Below are positions 19,216-28,552 of a DNA stretch of 45,997 nucleotides, piece after piece. The notes below the pieces were generated by a model. It searched no databases. It was not told where the DNA came from and saw only the letters and a program-made list of their open reading frames with translations. How positions within the stretch are numbered: position 1 is the first letter of the stretch; each line of letters begins with the position of its first letter. A program made the translations under genes and the position numbers. The stretch lies in NCBI GenBank assembly GCA_041695225.1, contig JBGFRI010000012.1, positions 1-45,997 on the forward strand, written 5' to 3'. This DNA comes from Deinococcota bacterium. Its GTDB lineage: Bacteria; Deinococcota; Deinococci; Deinococcales; Thermaceae.

Positions 19216-21174
19216 ATGAACGCAGTGCTTCCCGACGGACGAAACCTCGAGCTAAAGCCAGGGGCTACCGCAGCCGATGCCGCCAGAGCCATTGGCCCTG
19301 GTCTGGCCAAAGCCGCTATCGGCGCTATTGCCAACGGCGAGCTTTATGACCTGCTCAGGCCGCTGCCCGATGGCGCCGAGCTGCGTATCCTGACCGAGAA
19401 AGATCCGGAGTTTGCGCAGCTCTTCCGCCACACCCTGGCCCACGTGATGGCCCAGGCGGTGCGCGAGCTATTTATCGAGCGGGGTTTTGCTCCCGAACAG
19501 GTCAGGCTGGCCATCGGCCCGGTGATCGAAAACGGCTTTTACTACGATATCGACGCTCCCGAGCCAATACGCGAGGAAGACCTGCCGCTGGTCGAAGAAA
19601 AAATGCGCCAGATTCTGGCCGCCAACCTGCCCCTAAAGCGCTTTGTGCTAAGCCGCGAGGAGGCCCTCAAGCGCTTTGAGGGCCTTGATCCCTACAAGAC
19701 CGAGCTTATTCAAGACCTACCGGAGAACGAGGAGATCAGCTTCTACCAGCAGGGCGACGAGCGCTTCGGCTTCACCGACCTCTGCCGGGGGCCGCACCTG
19801 CCCAGCACCGGCCGCATCCCGCCCCACTTCAAGCTGACCAGCCTTGCTGGGGCCTACTGGCGGGGCGACTCTTCCCGGCCCATGCTCCAGCGCATCTATG
19901 GCATTGCCTTTCGCAGCAGAGAAGAGCTGGACAACTACCTCTGGCAGCAGGAGGAGGCCAAACGCCGCGACCACCGCAAGCTTGGGGCCGAGCTCGACCT
20001 GTTTACCATCGCCGAGGAGGTGGGCAAGGGTCTGCCGCTCTGGCTGCCACGCGGGGCTTTCATCCGGCGGCAGCTGGAAAACTACATGTACGAAAAAGAA
20101 CAGGAGCACGGCTACCAGTACGTCTACACCCCGCACATCGCCAACGCCCGGCTCTACTACACCTCCGGACACCTCCCCTACTACGCCGAGGATATGTACG
20201 CACCTATCGAGATCGAGGGCGAGGAGTACTACCTAAAGCCGATGAACTGCCCGCACCACCACATGATCTATAAAGCGCGGCCCAAGAGCTACCGCGACCT
20301 GCCGCTGCGCCTCTCTGAGTTTGGCACCCTGTACCGCTTCGAGCTTTCGGGCACCCTGACCGGCCTGACCCGGGCGCGGGGCTTCACCCAGAACGACGCG
20401 CACATCTACTGCTCCAGGAGGCAGGTGACCGACGAGTTCATCAAGGTAATTCAGCTTTTTGACGAGGTCTACCGCGACTTTGGCATCTCCGACTACTGGT
20501 TCCGCCTCTCGCTGCCCGACTTCGAGCACAACCCCGAGAAGTTCGGTGTGGAGAACGACAACTGGCGCGACGCCATCGCGGCCATCCGGGCCGCACTCGA
20601 GCAAACCGGGGCCAAGTATGTCGAGGGCATCGGCGAGGCCACCTTCTACGGCCCCAAGCTGGACGTGCAGATCAGGAGCGTACTGGGCAAGGAAGATACC
20701 ATCGCTACCAACCAGCTCGACTTTATCGTGCCGGAGCGGTTTGGCCTCGAGTTCACCAACGAGCGCGGCGAAAAAGAGACCCCAGTCTGTATCCACCGGG
20801 CCATCATGGGCAGCTTTGATCGCTTTTTTGCGTTTTATCTCGAGCATACTGCTGGCGACTTCCCCCTGTGGCTCTCGCCCATCCAGGCCGTAATTGTGCC
20901 CATTTCAGACCGGCACCTGGAGTACGCTAACCAGGTGGCCGCCGAGATGCGTAAAAACAAGCTGCGGGCCGAGGTAGACAGCCGCCCCGAGCGCATGAAC
21001 GCCAAAATCCGCGACGCCGAGCTCCAGAAAATTCCTCTAATTCTGGTTTTGGGCGACAAGGAGGCCGAGGCAGGCGCGGTGAATGTACGTGAACGACACG
21101 TGAAGGAGCAGCGGACGCTCTCGGTTGGGGCGTTGATTGGGGAGATGAAGGGGCGGGTAGAGGCTAGGAAGTAG
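19216..21174 (+). CDS. thrS: Threonine--tRNA ligase
   Basis: TGS domain, RHTLAHVMAQA, DLCRGPH, RDHRKLG, LKPMNCPHH and FYGPKLD; GAGGTG RBS before ATG 19216. Confidence 0.98.
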   Translation: MNAVLPDGRNLELKPGATAADAARAIGPGLAKAAIGAIANGELYDLLRPLPDGAELRILTEKDPEFAQLFRHTLAHVMAQAVRELFIERGFAPEQVRLAIGPVIENGFYYDIDAPEPIREEDLPLVEEKMRQILAANLPLKRFVLSREEALKRFEGLDPYKTELIQDLPENEEISFYQQGDERFGFTDLCRGPHLPSTGRIPPHFKLTSLAGAYWRGDSSRPMLQRIYGIAFRSREELDNYLWQQEEAKRRDHRKLGAELDLFTIAEEVGKGLPLWLPRGAFIRRQLENYMYEKEQEHGYQYVYTPHIANARLYYTSGHLPYYAEDMYAPIEIEGEEYYLKPMNCPHHHMIYKARPKSYRDLPLRLSEFGTLYRFELSGTLTGLTRARGFTQNDAHIYCSRRQVTDEFIKVIQLFDEVYRDFGISDYWFRLSLPDFEHNPEKFGVENDNWRDAIAAIRAALEQTGAKYVEGIGEATFYGPKLDVQIRSVLGKEDTIATNQLDFIVPERFGLEFTNERGEKETPVCIHRAIMGSFDRFFAFYLEHTAGDFPLWLSPIQAVIVPISDRHLEYANQVAAEMRKNKLRAEVDSRPERMNAKIRDAELQKIPLILVLGDKEAEAGAVNVRERHVKEQRTLSVGALIGEMKGRVEARK

Positions 21175-21193
21175 CACGCCCTGGGCCTCAAAA

Positions 21194-21658
21194 TCAAGCT
21201 TTGCGCACCGCATCGGATTTTCGGAGGTTCTCCAGGTCAAGCAAATCCTGCAGACGACCTGCAGCTTCCTTAGCTTTGATGAGGTCGGGCTTGGAGATGA
21301 AATGCATCTTCACCCCTCCGACCTCAAGGGTCTCCTTTCTCTTCCAAGCCTCGGCAAAGTTAACCCCAGGAACCGACATCAGGACATCTACCCGAAGTGG
21401 CGGCCTCCCCATCTGGTAAAAGTAACCCTCGGCGGCAAAGTCCGATACCGCCAGCCCAGCCAGTGGGGCCCCAAACTCTTTCAGGGCATTGTACACAGCC
21501 TCTGGGTTACCTTCATCTACAGCTACCAGCAAATCGAGGTCTTTGGTATAGCGCGGCTCAGTGTAGCGCATCACCGCGTAGCCGCCAACAATCAGGTAGC
21601 GTACGTTATATTTTTCCAAAAGACTCAACAGTTCTTTGAAGTCGGGGCTGGTCAGCAT
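21194..21658 (-). CDS. Nucleotidyltransferase-fold protein (DUF6036-like)
   Basis: YLIVGGYAV, PRYTKDLD and KEAAGRLQDLLDL motifs. Confidence 0.85.
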   Translation of the reverse strand: MLTSPDFKELLSLLEKYNVRYLIVGGYAVMRYTEPRYTKDLDLLVAVDEGNPEAVYNALKEFGAPLAGLAVSDFAAEGYFYQMGRPPLRVDVLMSVPGVNFAEAWKRKETLEVGGVKMHFISKPDLIKAKEAAGRLQDLLDLENLRKSDAVRKA

Positions 21659-21797
21659 GGCCTTCCTTTAGCAGCAGATAGTCCTTGACGATTTCAAAGG
21701 CCGCGTCGAAGATAGCCTCGACCGGCTGGCTCTGCCAGAACCGCAGGTCAAAGTCGTCATCTTCGCCCAGCCTCCCGTAGCTTTCCCGCACCACCAT
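21606..21797 (-). CDS. Small acidic protein coupled to the nucleotidyltransferase
   Basis: 63 aa (DLRFWQSQP..AIFDAA; PRLQRTV); TACAAT-N7-ATG start; overlaps the downstream gene. Confidence 0.7.
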   Translation of the reverse strand: MVVRESYGRLGEDDDFDLRFWQSQPVEAIFDAAFEIVKDYLLLKEGHADQPRLQRTVESFGKI

Positions 21798-21840
21798 AGC
21801 TATTATTGTACTCGAGCCTACCCCGCCAGAAACCTCGAAC

Positions 21841-22364
21841 CTACTCAATCAGCCGCCTCAACAACTCCGTCTGTTGTTTCAGCAGGTTTTGTTGCTCCTC
21901 AAGCAACTCTCTTTGCTGGTTGTAGAGCTTCTCCAGAATGCCCAGACACTCGACGTAGCCCTCGAGCAAGCGGCGTTCTTGGGTGCGTTGGACTCGCTCG
22001 AGTCGGTTGGCAACTAGCGCTGGGCGGTTCAGCCGAAGTCGTCTGAGGGTAAAGACTCCGATTTCGGTTGTGGGGTATAGGGTTCCGTCTACCAATTCCA
22101 AAAAGTGGGTTTCCCTCGAGTCTGCCCTTGGATTCCAAAGGCTCGCAGCATCAGACAGTTCAGGCCAGTAATCGGCTTTGTATTGATTGCAGCGAGGGCA
22201 GCATACACCAGGTTTTCTGGGTCGTCGCTGCCTGCTTTGGCCTGCGGTCGAATGTGGTCAATGGTTAGTTCGCCACCCGAATCGGTCTCGGAAACACCGC
22301 AGTATTCACATACAAAACTAGCCCTCTGGCGTACCACAAGACGAACTTGGGCGGTAATACTCAT
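21841..22364 (-). pseudogene. HNH endonuclease with C-terminal coiled coil, frameshifted at ~22203
   Basis: CEYC...IDHIRP..GSDDPENLVY in one frame and CPRCNQYKADYWP...LWNPR...LRLNRP in another; one extra T restores YCCPRCN. Confidence 0.85.
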
Positions 22365-22642
22365 GCAGCTTGCGAAGTCAGACGTTGTTGTAGCTGGGCA
22401 ATCTCAGATTTCAACGCCTCGTTTTGGGCTGCGATTTGTTGTATGCGCTCTGCTGTAACAGAAATCTGAGCCAGTACCGAATCTACTTGAGTCTGCAATT
22501 CAGCAACTTTAGAGGGCGACTGGCCCCTAAAGAGCAGGGCTTGCTCGGTGGCATCTTGCTCGGCGTACCAAGCCTCGAGCCTGGCCTGCTCATTAGCAGA
22601 TAAAGCAATACCCCTGGTGGCTTTGTCGTGCAATTCCTGCAT
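22361..22642 (-). CDS. Small coiled-coil protein coupled to the HNH gene
   Basis: 93 aa with a heptad-rich C-terminus; TAAAGT-N6-ATG start; ATGA overlap with the HNH gene. Confidence 0.75.
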   Translation of the reverse strand: MQELHDKATRGIALSANEQARLEAWYAEQDATEQALLFRGQSPSKVAELQTQVDSVLAQISVTAERIQQIAAQNEALKSEIAQLQQRLTSQAA

Positions 22643-22802
22643 GGGTTAACTTTAGCACAGCCTTGAGCATCGCCCCCGACTCGTCCTAAAGCCTCCCCCG
22701 GAGTAACGGTTTGTGGCCCTGAGTTCGGGGTTGCTCACGCCTGAACATGGCCGAAGTTCAAGGTACCGAGTCGATCACGCAGTACCGGCTTTGTGTGATG
22801 AA

Positions 22803-22846
22803 GATGTCCCAGGTCTCAGGCCAAAAAGACCTGCGACCTGGGACAT
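22803..22846. repeat. Palindromic heptamer element
   Basis: GATGTCCCAGGTCTCAGG-CCAAAAAGA-CCTGCGACCTGGGACATC. Confidence 0.75.
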
Positions 22847-23141
22847 CAGCGGGTGAAGGTCTTTCTACCCAGTGTTTGGCCAGGTCGGTGCGGTCAGGGG
22901 ATTCGCACCTGCCCTGAGCTGGGCGAAGGGTGGTAGAGGGCGCGGCTCCGAATGAACCAAGTATGTCAAGTAGGCCTCGAGGCATTAAGCCCACTTACCA
23001 ATGGGGCAATAGGGGGACCATGGGGAGTGGGTGGAGTGGGCTGCGGCGCGTTAAGCCGGCCTGCGCCAGAGCGAGACAATTAGAGCCGAATGTTATTGAA
23101 TTGCCTAAATGTGGTTGGCTATAGGATAAACTGACCTTGCC

Positions 23142-24533
23142 ATGCCACAGCCACTGACCCTGCGGGAGAAGTGGGGCTATGGGGTAGCCGATATTGGCGC
23201 CTCGCTGTCCTACGCAACCATTAACTTCTTCTTGTTGTTCTTTCTGGTGGAGGTAGTGGGGCTGCGGCCAGCCCTGGCAGGCCTGGTGCTGCTGATAGGC
23301 CGGGTAACCGATGCCATCACCGACCCTATTATGGGCATGATTACCGACCGAACCAAGAGCCGCTGGGGGCGGAGAAAACCCTACATCTGGGCCGGGGCCA
23401 TACCCTTTGGCATTACCTTTGCCCTGCTCTGGACTATTCCTTCCGACTCGCAGATGGTCATGTTTTTGCTGGCCTCGCTGGCCATCATACTTCACACCGC
23501 GCTGGTCTACACCATTGTGCAGGTTCCCTACATGGCCCTGACGCCCGAACTGGCCCCAAGCTACAACGAGCGTACTGCGCTGACCAGTTACCGCATCGGT
23601 TTTGGCACCGTGGCCTCGCTGATGGCCGCAGCGCTGCCTCCACTGCTGGTGGCCACCCTCAACTCCAGACAGGGACTTCCGCAGGATGACCAGTCTGGCT
23701 GGGTCTGGATGGGAATAATCTTTGGCGCCTTGATGAGCCTCTCCTATTTGATTATGGCGGCCAGTGTGCGCGAACGTCGGACTACGCACCCCAGCTTTGG
23801 GGCGCTAAACCTCTGGCAGGAGTACCGCTCGGCTTTTGGCGTTTTTGGGTATCCCCAGGTCTTGCTGCTGTTTGTGGTAGTGACCATTGGCCTGGGAATT
23901 GTTTCCTCAATTCTGCCCTTCTACCTGACCTCGGCCATCCGGCTGGCCCCCGCAGAGCAGACCGCCGTGCTGGGGCTATTGTTTGGGGTGGCCATACTCA
24001 CCTTACCTATCTGGGGGGTGGTCTCGGCCCGGATTGGAAAAAAAGCTGCATTTGCCACTGGGCTGGTTATCCTTAGCCTGAGCCTGGTGCTGCTGGTGCA
24101 TCTCTCGCCTCCCGGATGGCTTTCGCCAACCCTGCTCTTCTTCACTGTGCTGGCCGGGATTGGCACGGCTACGGTGCTGCTCTTCCCCTGGGCCATGATC
24201 CCAGACGTGGTTGAGTTCGATGAGCTAAAAACTGGAAAGCGCCGCGAGGGCCTGCTGTATGCGATTTTTACCTTCGGGCAGAAAGTGGCCTTCTCGCTGG
24301 GGGCTTTTATGAATGCCCAGATGCTCGAGCTTGTCGGCTATCGGCGGGACCTGGTCGAACAGTCGGCCTATACCATTAGCGGCATCCAGTGGATGGTTGG
24401 GCCTGCTGCGGCTCTGATGTTTATGCTGGCGGCGCTGGTGGTCTTGCGCTACCCCATTACCCAGGCCAGGCACCTGGAAGCCCGCAAGGCCCTGGAAGAC
24501 CGCAGGAACCACGCAGCCTCGCCCCCACCGTAG
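23142..24533 (+). CDS. Glycoside-pentoside-hexuronide (MelB-like) MFS symporter
   Basis: EKWGYG, DAITDPIMG.ITDRTKSRWGRRKP, ER..LTSYR and D.VEFDE...GKRREG. Confidence 0.92.
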   Translation: MPQPLTLREKWGYGVADIGASLSYATINFFLLFFLVEVVGLRPALAGLVLLIGRVTDAITDPIMGMITDRTKSRWGRRKPYIWAGAIPFGITFALLWTIPSDSQMVMFLLASLAIILHTALVYTIVQVPYMALTPELAPSYNERTALTSYRIGFGTVASLMAAALPPLLVATLNSRQGLPQDDQSGWVWMGIIFGALMSLSYLIMAASVRERRTTHPSFGALNLWQEYRSAFGVFGYPQVLLLFVVVTIGLGIVSSILPFYLTSAIRLAPAEQTAVLGLLFGVAILTLPIWGVVSARIGKKAAFATGLVILSLSLVLLVHLSPPGWLSPTLLFFTVLAGIGTATVLLFPWAMIPDVVEFDELKTGKRREGLLYAIFTFGQKVAFSLGAFMNAQMLELVGYRRDLVEQSAYTISGIQWMVGPAAALMFMLAALVVLRYPITQARHLEARKALEDRRNHAASPPP

Positions 24534-24574
24534 TAAGTCGGGTTGGTTTTTTTGTTTGCCTATCCCGGCTGGCA

Positions 24575-24700
24575 AAAGTCGAAGGTCTGCGACGGTCCCG
24601 CGCTTTGGCCTTGGACTTTTGTCTTTAGACCTTCGAGCAAGCACGTTAGCGCACCTGCGGATGGTCGCATATCCAAGGTCGCAGGTCGAAAGTCAAGCTG
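24575..24700. repeat. Degenerate heptamer element between convergent genes
   Basis: AAAAGTC-GAAGGTC ... TTAGACC-TTCGA ... AAGGTC-GCAGGTC-GAAAGTC. Confidence 0.5.
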
Positions 24701-24715
24701 GTAGTACCGGCAGCT

Positions 24716-25249
24716 TTACCCGCTCATCCAGGGCAGCTCGGTAGGGAAACAGCCGGAACAGGCCAGGCCCGCCAGAGCCTGGTAGGCGGATATTCGGCTG
24801 ATAGGATGCCACCAGGCAGGGCAGACCTCGCACAGGGGGGCCAGCACAAAGGCCCGCTGCATCATGCGCGGGTGCGGCAGGGTCAGGCTCTCGCTGGCTA
24901 CCACCCGGCTACCCCAGCTAAGCAAGTCCAGGTCAATGGTGCGCGCAGCCCAGCGCTGGCGGCGCACCCGCCCCTGTTTTCGCTCAATTTCCAGCAGCCC
25001 TTCCAGCAGTTGCTCTGGGTCGGTGCAGGCCGGTAGCAGGGCGACTACCGCGTTGAGGTAGTCGGGCTGTCCGGGAGGGCCACCTTGTGGGGCGCTCTGG
25101 TAAAGCCTCGAGCGCCCCACCACCTTACCAAGTCCAACCAGCTCATGCAGGGCCAGGCCCAGCTGCCGCTGGGGGTTGTCCAGGTTGCTGCCCAGTCCGA
25201 TAAAAGCCAGGTCACTTTCGCTGGCGTCGCACCTCGGTGTATATGTCAC
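24716..25249 (-). CDS. folK: 2-amino-4-hydroxy-6-hydroxymethyldihydropteridine diphosphokinase
   Basis: AFIGLGSNL, YLNAV, RTIDLDLL, LPHPRM..RAFVL.PL; start uncertain. Confidence 0.93.
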   Translation of the reverse strand: MTYTPRCDASESDLAFIGLGSNLDNPQRQLGLALHELVGLGKVVGRSRLYQSAPQGGPPGQPDYLNAVVALLPACTDPEQLLEGLLEIERKQGRVRRQRWAARTIDLDLLSWGSRVVASESLTLPHPRMMQRAFVLAPLCEVCPAWWHPISRISAYQALAGLACSGCFPTELPWMSG

Positions 25250-25565
25250 GTACCACCCCCGGTAAGGGCGCGTGTGGTTTATGCACCCGCACCGTCAGCT
25301 CTTCTAGCCTGGCATGGCGGGCCATGAGTTCATCGGCGATGCGTGCGGCCAGGGCCTCGATCAGTTTGTAGCGGGTCTGGGTCACCTGGCCGCGCACCAG
25401 CTCGTAGACCTGCGAATAGTCTACGGTGGCAGAAAGCTCATCCTCGCCGCTAAGCCTTAGCTCCATCTCCACATCTACCACATAGCGTGCGCCGAAGGCA
25501 CGCTCCTGGGGGTGCAGGCCGTGGTAGCCGTGGAACTCGAGCCCTACCAGAACAATCTTATCCAT
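25212..25565 (-). CDS. folB: Dihydroneopterin aldolase
   Basis: MDKIVL, GYHG, TVDYS, LIEALA and VHKPHAP. Confidence 0.95.
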   Translation of the reverse strand: MDKIVLVGLEFHGYHGLHPQERAFGARYVVDVEMELRLSGEDELSATVDYSQVYELVRGQVTQTRYKLIEALAARIADELMARHARLEELTVRVHKPHAPLPGVVRDIYTEVRRQRK

Positions 25566-25569
25566 AAAA

Positions 25570-25620
25570 GATGTCGCAGGTCGCAGGTCGCAGGCCAAAA
25601 AGGCTTGAGACCTGAGACAC
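25570..25620. repeat. Palindromic heptamer element inside the fol operon
   Basis: ATGTC-GCAGGTC-GCAGGTC-GCAGGCC-AAAAA-GGCTTGA-GACCTGA-GACAC. Confidence 0.75.
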
Positions 25621-25767
25621 TCCTGCACCCTCCCGCGTTGGCACCTGCCAGAACTTTACGGCCTGGGCGAGCGCAGCCACAGGATACCCCGTAGGTGTGT
25701 TGACGCCGCCGGGAGATGGCCAGGCGAAGCTCAGATGGTGCGTCACCGGCGTCATCCTACCACCAGC

Positions 25768-27045
25768 TTACTGCCAGCGCTCAAAGCCCTCGCACGTTGC
25801 TCCCAGCAACAAGGGCCGCAGTTCGCCAATCAGATACAGGCTCCCTGCCGCCAGCACGGTCTGGCCCGGACTGGTCAAGCACAGCGCCTGCTCCAGCGCT
25901 TCGGCGGGGGTCGGGGCCAGCGTGAGGGGCAGGCTAAAGTACGCGGCCAGGGTCTCCGGGTCGCAGGCCCGGGGGCTGTGCAGGGCCCGGGTAACAATTA
26001 CCCGGCTGGCAACTTTGCCTAAAGCAGAGGTGATAGCAGCCAGGTCTTTGTCTGCCGATACCGCCACAATTAGCGGCAGCGGGGCAGTCTCCAAAGCCTG
26101 CACCGCTTCGGCCAGGCAGGTTGCGGCCTCGAGGTTGTGGGCCCCGTCGAGCAGGAAGGTGCGGCCCTGGTAGCTGAGGGGCTCGAGGCGACCCGGCCAG
26201 CGGGTCTGGGCCAGCCCTTTCTGAATGGCGGCCGGGTCAACTCCCAGGGCCTGGGCGGCCAGGATAGCCAGAGCCGCGTTTCGGCCCTGGTGCGCCCCAA
26301 TTAGAGGCGTTCTGGCGCAAAGCTCGCCCCAGGGGCTGTCAACGGCCACCTCTACCCCGCGCCAGCCCAGCGGGCGAATGGTTAGGCCCAGCTCTCTGAG
26401 CGGTAGCAGGTTGGCTCCAGAAGCCAAAGCCAGGTCTTGTAACACCTTCAGGGCGACGCCCTCGGCCCCGGTCAGACAAAGCCTGCCGCCGCGCATGATG
26501 CCTCCCTCCTCGAGGGCAATCTGCTCAACGGTCTCGCCCAGGATCTCGGTATGGTCCAGCGAGACCCCGGTGACCACGCTTAAGCGGGGTTCCAGGACGT
26601 TGGTGGCATCAAAACGCCCACCCAGCCCCACCTCCATTACCGCGGTCTCTACCCCTGCCTCGGCAAAAATCAGGCAGCCCAGCGCAGTTACGATCTCGAA
26701 GAAGGTGGCCCCGCAGGCCTCGGCAGGCCCTCGCACCCGGGCCAGCCCGGCGGCCACCGCCTCATCGGGCAGCATCTCGCCGGCCACCTGGAAGCGCTCC
26801 TTGAAATAGGTCAGGTGCGGGCTGGTGAAAAGCCCCGCCCGACGCCCCGCCGCCAGCAGGATGGCGTAGAGAGAGGCGGAAGTGCTCCCTTTGCCGTTGG
26901 TGCCGCCTACCAGAATGCTCTCAAACCTGGTGTGAGGGTTGCCCAGCTCGCTCAGCAGCGCACTTACCCGGCTGAGACCGGGCTTAACCCCAAAGCGCTG
27001 CCGGGCAAACAGCCAGGCTAGATCGCTGTTGTTTATGTCATGCAT
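25768..27045 (-). CDS. folC: Folylpolyglutamate/dihydrofolate synthase
   Basis: GTNGKGS, FTSPHL, EVGLGGRFDATN, WPGRLE, LDGAHN and GSLYLIG. Confidence 0.96.
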   Translation of the reverse strand: MHDINNSDLAWLFARQRFGVKPGLSRVSALLSELGNPHTRFESILVGGTNGKGSTSASLYAILLAAGRRAGLFTSPHLTYFKERFQVAGEMLPDEAVAAGLARVRGPAEACGATFFEIVTALGCLIFAEAGVETAVMEVGLGGRFDATNVLEPRLSVVTGVSLDHTEILGETVEQIALEEGGIMRGGRLCLTGAEGVALKVLQDLALASGANLLPLRELGLTIRPLGWRGVEVAVDSPWGELCARTPLIGAHQGRNAALAILAAQALGVDPAAIQKGLAQTRWPGRLEPLSYQGRTFLLDGAHNLEAATCLAEAVQALETAPLPLIVAVSADKDLAAITSALGKVASRVIVTRALHSPRACDPETLAAYFSLPLTLAPTPAEALEQALCLTSPGQTVLAAGSLYLIGELRPLLLGATCEGFERWQ

Positions 27046-27711
27046 GGTTCCCCAACCGACGCCCTGTTTTGCTGGTTTTTGCGGACTGTGTGCAACTGCG
27101 CCGCACTCTCGACCCCAATCACCATGCCACGTGGCCCTGGGCCATCTGGAGTGACCTTACTCATGCTGCTATTTTATGCATAATTCAGGCGTACAAAACC
27201 AGGGTAAGCCCGTGCGGGACAAACCGCATGTCGTCAATTCCTGGGCCTTGAGCCTATCGAAGGAAGATGCTAAAGCATCGAAACAGTCCAGGAAATGCGC
27301 ACCTGATCCAGCTTTCGGATAAACCCATGCGCACTGGCGTTTATACCAATAAGCCGACCCTGACTAGAAACCACCGTATCGACCGCCCCAATAGATCGAG
27401 CACCCGGGGACACCTCATCGAGGTATTCCAACACCCTTTACACGTTGGGAAATGTCGTATTGACTCCTAAACACTCCTTCCTGATCTCCTGTAGGCGGGC
27501 TCGCAAAAAAAATGGCAGTCGTCTGGACCAACTGGCACGTGCCGGGTAGCCCCGCAGCGCGCAAGGCTGCTCAGTGAATCGCGCGATAGTGAGTGAGTTT
27601 TCCACAAGCTGCGCGCAACCTAGGCGACGAAACACAGGGAGTTTCTTGGTAGACGGCACGATTTAAGGAGTTCACCTCACAACCGGCGATACCACTTCAC
27701 GCGCTGCTGGC

Positions 27712-28206
27712 TTATTGCATTCGCTCGAACACAAGTTGATACGGCGCAGTAATGTTGTCGAACTGTACCATCACCCGACGTCCGTTTGACCTGTACAAGG
27801 TAGTCGCTCCTTCGCCGGCAGCTCCTCCGCGAGAAACCGTAAACAAAAATCCAAGGCGCTCCCCTTGAGCACTGTAGATAGTCACGTTTGCGAACCCTTC
27901 GGTGGTCAACCGAGCACGATACACGCCCGCCGGAAGGAGGAACGGATCGGTTAGCATTTTTCTCTCGCCACGAAACACCAGACCGTTCAACAATGCCCTA
28001 GCTTCAATCACACCACCATGTAAAGCATCCAAGACCTCAAGAGCCTTCCTGGTGTCCCCGGCCTGAATCGCCGAGATGGCGTTCCTAACAGAACCCTCAT
28101 GACCCCTCAGGACGTCTACCGCGCCGGATAATGAAGTTCCTACACCCGCCAAGAAAACGATGCTCAGTACAAGAGCTCCGATCGCCGCTACTCTCTTTTG
28201 CTTCAT
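27712..28206 (-). CDS. Hypothetical secreted protein
   Basis: N-terminal signal peptide MKQKRVAAIGALVLSIVFLAG; GGAG RBS; codon use less GC-rich than its neighbours. Confidence 0.75.
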   Translation of the reverse strand: MKQKRVAAIGALVLSIVFLAGVGTSLSGAVDVLRGHEGSVRNAISAIQAGDTRKALEVLDALHGGVIEARALLNGLVFRGERKMLTDPFLLPAGVYRARLTTEGFANVTIYSAQGERLGFLFTVSRGGAAGEGATTLYRSNGRRVMVQFDNITAPYQLVFERMQ

Positions 28207-28430
28207 GTCTCCACCTCTTTAGACCTGTTGTCGTTTCTAAGTTTATTGTCGCTAAAGTGTGGCCGAGTATCAAGCAGGCGTCATACGAATCAGTAGTAGT
28301 AGGGTGCGGTACGCACCACTGCTTCTGCAACATCATTACTCGAGCCCCTTCCAGTAGGGCTCCTCAAAGGAAATACCATCACCCCATCTGGCTTCATACA
28401 GCCCCTTGCGAACACACTGCCCAAAGGTTG

Positions 28431-28510
28431 AATGTCGGAAGTCAAAAGTCGAAAGTCGAAAGACCTTCGACCTTAGCCCTTCGACTTTAGACCTGGGACT
28501 TGAGACCTGA
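28431..28510. repeat. Palindromic heptamer element
   Basis: ATGTC-GGAAGTC-AAAAGTC-GAAAGTC-GAAA-GACCTTC ... GACTTTA-GACCTGG-GACTTGA-GACCTGA. Confidence 0.75.
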
Positions 28511-28552
28511 ATCCCACCACTCTTTGCTCCGGCAAAGGGTTTCTGGGCTGGG

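Noticed and set aside
22995..23789. Long antisense ORFs (264 aa here; also 34619-35560, 37674-38489 and others)
   Set aside because: Shadow ORFs opposite well-supported genes, as expected in high-GC DNA
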